The translations under genes were made by a program, and so were the position numbers. This document shows positions 1-10,914 of a stretch of DNA of 64,000 nucleotides, piece by piece. The stretch lies in the NCBI RefSeq assembly GCF_039654945.1, contig NW_027361921.1, positions 10,292,001-10,356,000 of the forward strand, written 5' to 3'. The DNA is from Dendrobates tinctorius. Lineage: Eukaryota. The notes beneath the pieces were generated by a model that saw only the letters and a list, made by a program, of their open reading frames with translations, had not been told where the DNA came from and did not search any database. Each line of letters begins with the position of its first letter. Within the stretch, counting starts at the first letter, position 1.

Positions 1-53
1 GGTGGTTTCCAAAAGGAGCCACTCCTTGGCTGGGTCCTTCCCTGGAGGAAGAT

Positions 54-390
54 CTGGCTGCCTTAATTAGCTTTTTATAGAATTTATTTAATTTTTTGTA
101 TTTATTTAATGCCTCATCACTACCTACTTGCTTTAATTCTCTAAATGCTTTATTTTTGTCACTTATTGCTCCCCTTACAGCTCTCTTTAGTCACAGTGGT
201 TTCCTCCTATTTCTAGTATGTTTATTCCCATACGTTATATATTGTGCACAGGTCCTATTCAGGATGCTATTAAACGTCTCCCATTTTCTTTGTGTATTTT
301 TATGTGTCAGGATATCGTCCCCGTTAATTGCACCAAGATCATCTCTCATCCGTTCGAAATTTGCTTTCCTGAAGTTTAGTGTCCTTGTAA
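54..390 (-). mobile_element. CR1 LINE ORF2 fragment (region between endonuclease and RT), downstream half of the CR1 split by the Harbinger element
   Basis: Minus-strand peptide TRTLNFRKANFERMR...KWETFNSIL...RNRRKPL. It joins the 10915+ segment exactly across the duplicated TAA (AGAGGGG-TTA-CAAGGACAC on the minus strand). Confidence 0.85.
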
Positions 391-449
391 GGCCTCTTTC
401 ACACATCAGGTTTTCGCCGTCAGGCGCGATCCGGCGCTTTTGACAGAAA

Positions 450-703
450 CCGGATCCGGCGAAATGCAATGCCGGATCCGGTTTCCCCCCCATTGACTTG
501 CATTTGCGCCGGATCGCGCCGGATGGCCATGTGTTTCATCTGGTTTTCGCCGGATCCGGCAATGTGTCGCGATCCGGCGTCTGGAAAAAACGTCTACTGT
601 AACGTTTTTTGTCTCCGGCGAAAAAGCCGGACACGCCGGATCCGGCGCGTCCGGCTTTTTCACACAATGAAAGCCTATGAGCGCCGCAATGCGCCGGATC
701 CGG
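450..703. repeat. Left subterminal array of palindromic CCGGATCCGG motifs (mirrored at 10706-10875)
   Basis: CCGGATCCGG at about 450, 472, 550, 636 and 694 plus partial copies; similar copies at about 10706, 10762, 10792, 10808 and 10843. Confidence 0.85.
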
Positions 704-746
704 TTTTTTTGGTCTGAGCATGCTCAGTAGCTCTGCCCACAAGACA

Positions 747-755
747 TATATAAAA
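747..755 (+). promoter_or_regulatory. TATA box of the Harbinger MADF gene
   Basis: TATATAAAA 33 nt upstream of the ATG at 788 (context CAACATGC). Confidence 0.6.
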
Positions 756-1859
756 GCAAGACAGTGGGACCCACAGCCACACCCAACATGCCACCCAAGC
801 CAAGAACCAGGAGAAGGCAGCAGACATCTGCAGCACCATCAGCACCACCACCACCCCAAATGGAGCAGCAAAGGGAACATGCTGAGGAGGGGAGTCCAGA
901 AGCAGATGAGAGACGGTAATTATCAAATCCCCCATTCCTCCAAACTAGGGCCATGGAATATCAAGATATTCATTGGCCCTTTGTTTCTCTTTATTCAACA
1001 GCCGCCAAAGAGATGCAGCAGCAGCAGCAGCAGCAGAAATGGCATCACTGGCAGCAGCAACAGCAGCAGCAATACCCACAGTCATGGAGTCTGGCCATCA
1101 ACAGGACAGCACATCTTCTTCTGGGAGCCCTCCCTCGCATCGTCAGCGTTTGACGGTAAGTTTTTATTTCCAAAATCCATCATCTCTGTAATATATGTCT
1201 ATTCATTAACTTTTATTTCAAAACAGGAATCACAAGATGAAGAGGAGCTCCCAGAAGAAGAAGGAAGGGGTGGACAGACACCTGGAGTGGGCTCACAATT
1301 GGTAAGTTTTTTGCATCAAACGCAGAAACACAACATCACACTACACACAACACATAGAAAACAATGTTCTGCAGACCACACACAGCAAACAAATGCCTAC
1401 ATCCAAAGACAACATTTTTTGTTTTCTTCTCTAGTATTCCCAATCTGGTGCTCGGCCAAGAGGTCCTCGCAGTGCCTCCAAGGGTCGTCGGCGACAGCAA
1501 CGCGGCGGTCACCAGCGTGTAAGTATAAATATTTTTGCTTTGTTTTTTTGCACTTTTTATTTCATTTCTTTTGTGGAGGCTAATTATGTTATTTTTGTCT
1601 TTTTCTTTAACAGCCTTCACAGCGTGCTCCCGACTCTGACGGTGAGGATGGAGGGATTGATGTGGACCGCCTCATCGATCTCGTCAGAGAAAGGGAGCCG
1701 CTCTGGAATATGGCTGACCGCTGCCACGCTGACCTGATAGTTACCCGACGACTCTGGGAGGAAATCTGTTCTCTCCTTGTGGGCCGCTGGGAGGACCTCG
1801 AAGCTCGGGCCCAGATTAAAGAGCGTAAGTATATACAGTACCGGTTGCTTGATGTAAAC

Positions 1860-1984
1860 CAGTGTTTCCCGAACTCCAGTCCTCGTGGTCCCCACGGATC
1901 ATGTGTTCAGGATTTCTATTTACTATGGAAATCCTGAAAACATGACCCCTGGGGACCATGAGGACTGGAGTTTGTGAAACACTG
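1860..1984. mobile_element. 125-bp palindromic hAT-type MITE in MADF intron 5
   Basis: CAGTGTTTCCCGAACTCCAGTCCTCGTGGTCCCCA ... TGGGGACCATGAGGACTGGAGTTTGTGAAACACTG. The 8-bp TSD is only partly matched. Confidence 0.7.
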
Positions 1985-2552
1985 ATGTTGTATACTAACC
2001 ACTCCTTTCTCGTTTCAGGGAACAGAATTGTGAATCGGTGGCGGTCTGTGAGGGATCGTTTCAAGAAGGAGTTCAATAAAGAGATGCGGGCCCCGAGTGG
2101 ATCTGGAGGACGCAGGAGCAAGTACAAGTACGCACAAGCCCTGTCTGTCGTTCCTCCGGGAAACAATGCTCACCAGAAGGTAAATATTACACACCACATG
2201 TGAAAAGAATGTTAGATGTAACTTTTTTTTTTCAGCCAGGGCCATACCATGTCAGTATTTTTTTTTTTCAGAAAATATTTATTAAAGTTTTTTTTTTTTT
2301 TTTATAACAAAGAAAGGGTACAATACAATAGACCATATACTACCATTATCTGAGTAATTAAACATTATTTAAGTATGGAAGTAGAGAAAAGAAGAGAAAG
2401 ACATGAGGGAGAAGACATAGTAGTAAGAGTAAGGAAAAAATAGGTATGGGGATATAGGGTAAGGGAAGGAAGAAGGGGGGGGGGATTATAGCCCATCAGT
2501 AAAAAATAATAATTTAACTTATTTAACTCAAATCATCTAAATTACTCGGGAG

Positions 2553-5500
2553 CTAAATATGTATCCAGTTGGCAAATTCCGGACTCTCTTTGAATGAATG
2601 CCAAGGAAACCAAGTGTGTCCCTGTCTAGATGTGGAGCCCCTATCTTGGGACATCAGTGATTCCATACGCTCCAATCTGTCCATCTCCACCACCCATTCC
2701 ATCACAGAAGGGACCCTCATGGATCTCCAATGCCTGGGTATGATCATTCTTGCTGCTATTAGGCAAAATCTCCAAAGGCCCCTTTTAATTGTTTTTAATG
2801 GGCCAGGGATTGGAGAAAGGAGAGCAATCTGAGGAGATGGTTCATACCTGATTCCAGAAATGATATAGAAAATCTGGAAGATCGCCAACCAAAATGGCTT
2901 CAGCAGACGACAGGACCACCAGACATGTAGCATGGAGCCCCCGTCCTCTCCGCATCTCCAGCATAAATCAGGGACCCCCGGATAAATCCTGTGCAGCATG
3001 TCAGGGCATCTATACCATCTAGTCAAGATTTTGTAGTTCTTCTCCTGTGACTCACAAGAGATAGACAACTTATGAGTCAGGGTGAAGATTTTATGGCGAT
3101 CCGCATCGGAAAAGTTAATCTGCAGATCTTTCTCCCATGCAGTGATGAAGCGGGGCGTGTCTGTAGATTCCAAATCAGAGATCAGGCCATAGAGGAGTTA
3201 GCTGCATAAGGGTCTCAAATGGTGTCGGCAGGCCAAGATCTATCTTTGAAAAACAGCTCTTGAGCTGAATAAATTCAAGCCAGGGTATCGATCTCCCCGG
3301 GCAGGCCGTCCTCATATCCCCCACCACAGGGAATCCTGCAATCTTGTCTGCAGCCTGGCCCAGACTAACCCGGTCGTCAGAGTCCCAACAAAGAAATGAA
3401 GTCCGTGTCGTGGCAGGAGGGAAGTCTATGTTATTAAAGAGGGGGCCTAATCTACTTGGTCTGTTAATGATTTTCATTTTGGTGCTATATTTGTACCAGA
3501 AATTTATTACCACTTGTGTGAGCGGTGGGAATTCAGAAACTGTGTAGTTCCGAGGATCATAGGTCCAAGGGAGCCAATACAATGAATGTGGGGACATCAG
3601 CTTTTCAATGATCACCCATTGTTTATACAGGTCACCATATCTCCAGTCCACCAGTCTGGAAAGAAGAGCAGACCGGTAATATGTTTTAAAATTAGGAAGA
3701 CCCATGCCACCCCTCGACTTAGGTCTAATCAGAGTGGAGAACTCAAGTCTTGGTTTTCTTGTGCCCCAAACAAAACTGTTAATTGCTGATTGGAGACAGT
3801 TAAAGAAATGGTCAGGAACAAAAATAGGGACTGTCTGGAAAAGATAAAGAAAACGGGGAAGAATGTCCATTTTGACTGCATTAATACGGCCAAACCAGGA
3901 AAGTTGGGATCTATTGTATTTCTTCAAGTCAGCTAGGGTAGTATGGAGGAGTGGGATATAATTAAGATTGAGTAGATCATTGGAGTTTTTAGGAATCATA
4001 ACTCCCAGATATTTAAGTGCCCTGTCCTCCCACCTAAAAGGGAAGGAAGATTGGAGTCTATGGGCCTCTTCCTTGGGGAGAGTTATGTTCAAAACTTCTG
4101 TTTTGGAGTAATTAACTTTAAAGTTAGATACCTCCCCAAATTTTAGGAACTCTCGCATGAGCACTGGAAACGCAATTGTAGGGTTTGTCACGTATATTAA
4201 TAATTCATCTGCGTATATTGATAGTTTAAAATTATCGTGGCCAATCTGTATGCCCTTAATGTCAGGAGCGCTCCGCAGTGCAACTGCCAGGTGCTCCATG
4301 GCAATTATATAAAGCAGAGGGGACAATGGACACCCCTGTCTGGTACCATTAGATATGCTCAAGCAAGATGAAAGAGTACCGTTGACTCTAATACGAGCCG
4401 TGGGGTTTTGGTACAAAGCGAATATTCTCCCCAACATTGTAGACCCCAGTCCCAGTTGTGTCAATGAAGAACGTAAAAAGGTCCACCCAAGGCGATCAAT
4501 AGATCACTTCTCGGCGTCAATAGATAAAAGGCAAGCTGGAATCTTGTGTCTGCGTACATAAGATGCGAGCAGTAGTGTTTTAACCGTGTTGTCTTTGGCC
4601 TCTCGTTTCTGCACGAATCCGGCCTGATCACCATGGATGGAACCCGGAAGTAGAGGGCTCAACCTGTTAGCCAACGCCTTAGCAAAGACCTTCATATCCA
4701 CATTAATAAGTGAGATGGGACGATAATTTGAACACATCGAATGGTCCTTACCAGGTTTAGGTATCACCGTAATTGTGGCGACCAAGGTCTGTCTGGAAAA
4801 AGGACAGGTCTCTGAGATAGAATTGAATAGTTTAGTTATAATGGGTACTATATTAGGTGTAATTAATTTATAAAAGGAAGCTGGGAACCCGTCGGGTCCG
4901 GGACTCCTACCATTAGCCATAGATTGAATAGTATCTGAGATCTCCTGATCTGTGAATGGTTCCTCCATGGCTGCTGTATCTGCCACTGGAAGAGGAGGGA
5001 GCGGGGTGTTGTTAACATAGTCGTCCACCCTGGCCTGGAAGTTAGTCGGGGACATATCAGCTATTGGCCCCCTGAGATTGTATAAGGAATCGTAATATTC
5101 TTTGAAGGAAGCCGTGATTTCTTCTGGATGATGTAATAGTTTACCAGTTTTAGATTTTATGGTAGGGATGTAAGTAACAGGAATACGTGGGTGCAGGAAT
5201 CGTGCTAAAGCCTTACCAGGCTTATTGGAGAATTCATATAAATATCTCCGAAAACGGTCTCTTTGCCGTGCTGATGCCGTATCCAACAGGGAGGTAAGGT
5301 CTTTCCTGGCCTTTAAGAGGTCAGCCAAGGTTTGAGAATTGTGGGTATACTTATGATCTAGCTCCAGCTTTTGAATGCGTGTGAGTAGATCGTTGATTGC
5401 GAATGCTCTTTCTTTCTTTAACCGCGCTCCCTGTTGGATAAACACTCCTCTAATTACTCCCTTTAAAGCCTCCCACTGATAGGGAAAGGCTGTGTGGTCT

Positions 5501-6333
5501 GATTTGTGGAAGTCTATGAAGTCAGTGATGGCCGTTCGGATTGCTGTCTGGCATGTGGGGTCTTTAAGGAGGCCAGGGTGTAACGACCACGTCCATTCCG
5601 TAGGGGCCAGGTCCGGTAGTCGTATGGACAACAAAACAGAGGCATGATCTGACCAAATCATCGGTCCAATCTGAGTCTCTGGGTGACATGTTAATAGTTT
5701 GTGACTGATCAGGAAGAAGTCTATCCTACTATAGGAGTCATGTATAGCTGAGTAGTAGGTGTAGTCGCGTGTAGTGGGATGAGTCAGTCTCCAAACGTCC
5801 ACTAGTCTAGACTCCACTAATTTGGTCTTTAGGCTCTCCAGTTGGGACGGGGGTATGGACGACCTACCAGTCGATGAGTCCACGGACCTGTCAAGTACAA
5901 GATTGAAGTCCCCACCGGCAATCACCAAGCCCTCGGCGAACGTTGCGAGGCAATTCAAATATGCTCTACATGTCCGAGCCTGATCCTGATTAGGAAGATA
6001 AAAATTAGAAATAGTGAACACACCAGCAGCCATTTTCAATTTTAGAAATAAGAACCTGCCATGGGGGTCCAATTTAGAATCCAGTACCTGAGCCTGAAGG
6101 GATTTGTGAAGTGCAATACTGACCCCCTTTGATTTAGATTCCGGGTTGGTACCATGGAACCACTGTGTGTAGTACCTATTCCTAAGGGCCGGTATGCGGT
6201 CTGATCTGAAGTGGGTTTCCTACAGCAGGAGTACATGGATATGTTTCTTATGCATATGGTAGAGCACTTGGGAGCGCTTTTCAGGAGTGTTAAATCCCCT
6301 AACATTCAGTGAACACAGAATTAAAGTTGCCAT
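2553..6333 (-). pseudogene. L1-a ORF2 (APE endonuclease, RT, Cys-rich C-terminus), disrupted
   Basis: SLNVRGFN, LL*ETH (CAG>TAG), [33 protein letters not shown]...HVWWSC. Breaks near 6221, 4500 and 3175. Confidence 0.92.
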
Positions 6334-7048
6334 ATCAATATGCTATCCGAGCCGAGGGAATAGTAACAGCGGTGGTTGGTAAAAGGTTGGAGGGGGAAGG
6401 TTTACACAAGAGGGAAGAAGAAAGATGGGAAGAAGTGGAAAGAAAAAAGAAGTAGTAGATATTAACAGACGAACAGCAAGAAATTTTCAGACAGGAGAAA
6501 CTTTCCTGTCAAGACAGCTCCCAGGTCACTATGCCTGGGAACTGGAAACTATACAGAGGATACTCTGTAACGTAGTGTCCTTAGACACTCCCTAAAGTGG
6601 GGACTGACTGGACCAGGGCACTGAGACTCAGCCAAGCCCCCGCAGCAATTCAATAAGACGTTTAAACATAAACACAATTAACTGTAGACCGGCATAAAGG
6701 CAAACTGTGTTAGTAACTGTTCCTATTAACAAATATCAGAGAGCTATGAAACAAAACCACAGTCTAAAGTAAGTAACGGGGCCGCAAGGTGATCTACAGA
6801 TCATATTAGTATATGGAGACTATATAATAACCAGAAAATATAAAATTGGTAATAAGATAGCATAATAATAATAATAATAATTATCAGCTCTTCTCTGGTC
6901 ACCAGCAGGAACAGAACATCTGTATTGCTCCCGATTTATTAGCCCAGGGTATAATTCCACCAAACAGAGCGTAGTTCGAGATCTTCAGGTAAGGTGGAGA
7001 AGAGGGGTCAATGGGGGGAGAATTCCCCTTGAGTCGATCTAAATAAAG

Positions 7049-8692
7049 TCAAGGGTCCCCATCTTGGGCTCCAAAATCGTGCCTCGGGCCACGTCTCCTC
7101 TTCCTATTAGGTCCCGATGGTGGTCTCCCCCCTCCCTGTCCTCCCCACAACAATAAAGGTGATGGTCGAGGCCACTCTCCCAGCTGCACCAAGGGTAAAT
7201 CCAGAGCAGAAGAAAAGGTTGATAAGTCCGCCGGTGTCCTCAATATCACTGGGCCAGCTTCTCCGCGTACTTGTAGTTGAAAGGGGTATCCCCATGAGTA
7301 GTTGATGTCTTTAGTGCGAAGAGCCTCCAGGAGTGGCCTGAGCGCCCGTCATTTGGCCAGGGTCAGGCGAGAGAGATCTGCCATAAGCTGAATGTTAGAG
7401 TCATTGAATTCAATAGCCTCTTTCTCCCTGGCCCTTTGCATAATTTCTTCCTTTTGTCGATAGAAGTGGATTCTGCATATCACATCTCTTGGTTTGTTGG
7501 AGTCAGGATTTTTGGGGCCAAGGGACCTATGTGCTCTGTCCATTTCAATATGATCGCCTCCAGGTTTGCCTAGAAGCGAATTAAAGATGTTTTGGATGGC
7601 AGGGACCAGGTTTCTATTAGTCACTGTTTCCGGAAGTCCACGGATGCGAATATTATTCCTCCGGTTCCTATTTTCGGAGTCTTCCATCATATCAAACACC
7701 AGCTGGAATGTCTGGGAGTGATGATCTAGGAGTTCATGTTGGTTATGTAGTTGAGATGCAAGATCCTCCACTTTAGATTCCAAGGTAGTGATTGTACCCT
7801 TAAGCTGTGACACTTCCTCTTTAAGTGAGCTAATTTCACCTCTATATACTGCTTCAAGGCGCTGGATATAACCCTCCATGTCAGATTTAGTAGGTATAGC
7901 ATTCAGCCGGGCATATAGAACCTCATAGCTCATGTCACAGGATGGGAGTCCTCGAGGTGTCTCTGGAGTGATTGAGGATAGCACCATCGGGTCCACAGAC
8001 TGCATATCTGATATGTCGTGGTTAGGGGACTGTAAATTCTGCATCTCAGTGGTGTTTTGCAAATGAGCCAGGGCCCCAGTAGTGGGCTGAGGAGGCAAAG
8101 TTACCTCCTGCTGGACTGGGGAGGAAGGGGTTACACTGCTTGCTTCTTCAATTGCGAAATGGCTGCCTCCTCCCTCCTGCTCTCTGAGACCTGCTGCAGA
8201 CAGTGAATGTTTAAGTGATGAATATGTGGCAAGGGGGGGATGGGAGCCGCCACTCACTTCATGGGGCTGTTGCTTACAAACTTCTCTGGCCTTTCCCGGG
8301 GAGAGCCCTGTCAGAAAGGAGGTCTCTGGGGACCCCCGTAGATCTGGGGAGGGTCGGGACATGCCGCTCACCTTTCCCTGCTTATGCTGAGCATTCTCCC
8401 CGAGCGATCCATAATGGGTTTCTCCAGTCACGATTGAGGTACGGCTGGTGACTTTTCCAGAGGACTGGCGTCGCTCTGCACTGCTGCGCTCCCCTCCTTT
8501 GTCCACAGGAGAGGAGCGGACCCCTCCTGTTTGTCCTGCTTTTAGTGTCGCTCCAGGAGCCATCATGGCCGCACGGGTAGTAGTTTTTCCCGCTCTCCCC
8601 GAGGATGCCAGAAAGCGGGTAATATCTCCATTTGTGGTCCCCGTCGGTGGTTCCTGTGATGCCTGGGATCTGAGGCCACCTTTGCCCTTCAT
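7049..8692 (-). pseudogene. L1-a ORF1p (long N-terminus, coiled coil, RRM, CTD); one in-frame TGA at 7349
   Basis: EDSENRNRRNNIRIRGLPE, DRAHR, PRDVICR, ADLS. The frame continues past the stop (RALRPLLEALR...SWGYPFQL) to 7049. Confidence 0.9.
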
Positions 8693-9598
8693 TTGGGAAG
8701 GTTAATGTGTAAATTAGTGCTAGATTTCAGCTGCAGGGGCTCAGAAACTGAGGAGCTCTCAGAAGGCACGTCCTCCCAGCACCATGTCCAGGCCACGCCC
8801 CCCCATGTCAGTATTTTAATTGTTTTTTTTTTCTCTTTATTACACAGCACGGTGAGCAGCACTCGGGAGCCTGCACGATTGGACCCTTCTGAGGCGATCC
8901 CTGAGGAGACCGGCACCGAGGGACACTTCGACCGCCCCGGTACATCTGCACCTTCCCAGCCTTCCCACACATTTGACCCATCTGTCCCATCCACCAGCAC
9001 AGGAGCATCGTGGCCGCCTACATTACATGAAGCTGCTGGTGAGGAGATCGCTTTCCCTTTACCCCACCCTTCTGCCCCTGCCACCTCTAGTACACCTGCG
9101 GGTACTGGGCGGCAGCGGCAGAGGGGTCAGGAAAAGAGTTATGCGCAAGAGTTCTTGCATCTGAATGCATCTTTCCAGAACTGTCTCAAAGTCTTGTCAG
9201 AGCAAATCTCCGCAGGCTTTCAGCAGATCAACTCCAGCATTCTGGAGGTGAAGACACTTCTGCAAACCATGCATTCAGAAGCAAGATCTTCGCCAAACCA
9301 CACCTTTTTCAGGTCTGTTGTGGAGCGCATGGAAATGCTATCTCCTACCCAGCAGATGCATGTAATGCATTCGTGCCACGGTGCTCTACAGCAGGTTACC
9401 TCCCAACCTCCACCTCCCACCACTGTAGTTCCTCCACCTGCACCCCCTCCAGCCACTTTCCATCCTCCCCCTCCTATTACATCTGCACCCCCTCCAGCCA
9501 CTTTCCATCCTCCCCCTCCTATTACATACCAGCAACCTCACCAGTACCAGCAACCTCCCCAGTACCAGACATCTCCCCACTTCCAGCAACCTGCCCCG

Positions 9599-9724
9599 TA
9601 CCAAACTCCTTCCCCGTACCAAACTCCTTCCCCGTACCAAACTCCTTCCCCGTACCAAACTCCTTCCCCGTACCAAACTCCTTCCCCGTACCAAACTCCT
9701 TCCCCGTACCAAACTCCTTCCCCA
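9599..9724 (+). repeat. 18-bp coding minisatellite x7 encoding (YQTPSP)7
   Basis: Seven near-identical copies of TACCAAACTCCTTCCCCG in frame in MADF exon 7. Confidence 0.95.
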
Positions 9725-10190
9725 AACAACTTTCCATCAACATCATCTGCTCCTACAGTCCCTGCCCAACCCTCCACTCCACCGCCCACCACCTCTTCTG
9801 CCTCCCACATGTCCACCCATTCTGTAGCTTTTTCAACACCATCACCTCTAACTGTTCCTTCCCCACCACGATCCCAGTCCTCTCTCCACACACCCAGTGT
9901 CGAAGTGTCCCGCAGCCCCTCCAGCAGTATTTCCACCCCACAGTACACAGATTTGTAATGTCTGTTTTTTGTAATAAAAATGCCCATTGGGTTTAAAACC
10001 TTTATTAAAAAAGTTTTTTGCACTTTAAAAACATTTAAAAAAAAAAAAAAAATTTAAATAAAAGTTAAATTATCGTTTCACAATGGTTGTCTGTCATTTC
10101 TTTCTGCGGCCAACTATGTTTTAAAAAAAGGTTAAATACAGGGTATTTCAAAGGTAAAAAGGTATTCAAAACCAGGTATATAACTGTGGG

Positions 10191-10369
10191 TAAATTTTAG
10201 CTTTTTGCCACAGTTGTGTTCCTGGTTGTGTTTGAAGCAAAGTATTTCACCTAAAAAGTTGTGTTTATTGTTGGTGATTTCCTACCAATGTACACAACTT
10301 TTGTTAAAAGGTGAAATACTTTGCATAAAACACAACCAGGTACACACCTGTGGCCTAAAGGTAAAAATA
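10191..10369. repeat. Long imperfect inverted repeat (hairpin) between the convergent Harbinger genes
   Basis: 10208-10270 (CCACAGTTGTGTTCCTGGTTGTGTTTGAAGCAAAGTATTTCACCT...) pairs with 10286-10353 (...AGGTGAAATACTTTGCATAAAACACAACCAGGTACACACCTGTGG). Confidence 0.85.
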
Positions 10370-10460
10370 GTAAGACCATGACAAGATAGCCAACTTTGGT
10401 TGGCAAAGGTATATACTGTTGGTCCAGAAGGTACACAAGTTTGGTTAGGGCACAAATCTT

Positions 10461-10586
10461 TCACATTCTGTCATCCTGCCAGTGTACTCTGCCTTGAGGT
10501 GACATAAAGTATAGTGCAAAATTGTCCCTCATTACTGAAACCGTCACAGAACTTCTAGTGGTAATATTTCCAATGACAACATCCAT
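10461..10586 (-). pseudogene. Harbinger DDE transposase remnant: 41-aa mini-ORF
   Basis: Hand translation MDVVIGNITTRSSVTVSVMRDNFALYFMSPQGRVHWQDDRM*. R-x2-F-x2-YF-x-S-x2-G-x-V-x-WQ is the typical C-terminus of animal Harbinger transposases. ATG context is GAAGATGG. Confidence 0.78.
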
Positions 10587-10914
10587 CTTCGCCAGTAACT
10601 TGCTCTTCTCTCCAACCTGCACTTTCTTCTCTACAGGAACATGCTATATCTAGTTTTCCAGTAGCCAATCCCGTTCGGAAGGCCAGAAGGGTAAATTTTA
10701 AAAACCGGATCCGGCGTAATCCGTCTAAAAACGGATAGAAAAACGGATGAACCGGATGAGACGGATCCGGTTTTGTCTGTCAAGAACAAGACGGATCCGG
10801 CAGAAAACCGGATCCGGCACTTCAGGTTTTACAAAACATTTGCCGGATCCGGCATTCCGGCACGACGCCGGATCGCGCCTGACGCCGAAAACCTGATGTG
10901 TGAAAGTAGCCTAA

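Larger units (their letters stand above)
2262..8802 (-). mobile_element. Full-length L1 LINE (L1-a) in MADF intron 6
   Basis: 15-bp TSD CCATGTCAGTATTTT (2247-2261 and 8803-8817). 5' end GGGGGCGTGGC; AATAAA plus A-tail at about 2258-2283; ORF1 and ORF2 present. Confidence 0.95.
788..9958 (+). pseudogene. Harbinger Myb/SANT-like (MADF) DNA-binding protein gene, 7 exons, with BESS-like motif and Pro-rich tail; frameshifted by a 4-bp duplication
   Basis: Exons 788-915, 1002-1155, 1227-1301, 1435-1518, 1614-1824, 2019-2179 and 8848-9958, all with GT..AG introns and compatible phases. MADF signature: LIDLVREREPLWN...LWEEIC...RWRSVRDRFKKE...YKYAQAL. BESS-like segment: FFRSVVERMEMLSPTQQMHV. Removing the duplicated CTGT at 2141-2148 gives 1920 nt = 639 aa. 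AATAAA at 9973. Confidence 0.85.
391..10911. mobile_element. PIF/Harbinger DNA transposon, transposase-deleted derivative (about 4 kb without the nested L1)
   Basis: About 46-bp TIRs GGCCTCTTTCACACATCAGGTTTTCGCCGTCAGGCGCGATCCGGCG / GGCTACTTTCACACATCAGGTTTTCGGCGTCAGGCGCGATCCGGCG. TAA TSD at 388-390 and 10912-10914. Convergent Myb/MADF gene and transposase remnant inside. Confidence 0.93.

Noticed and set aside
720-1583. 287-aa ORF with poly-Ser and His runs
   Set aside because: It reads through introns and mostly wrong frames of the spliced MADF gene; only exon 3 is in frame.
9373-10023. Repeat ORFs (PVPNSF, VRGRSL, GTGKEF, WYGEGV)n
   Set aside because: Alternative-frame and antisense readings of the same 18-bp minisatellite.
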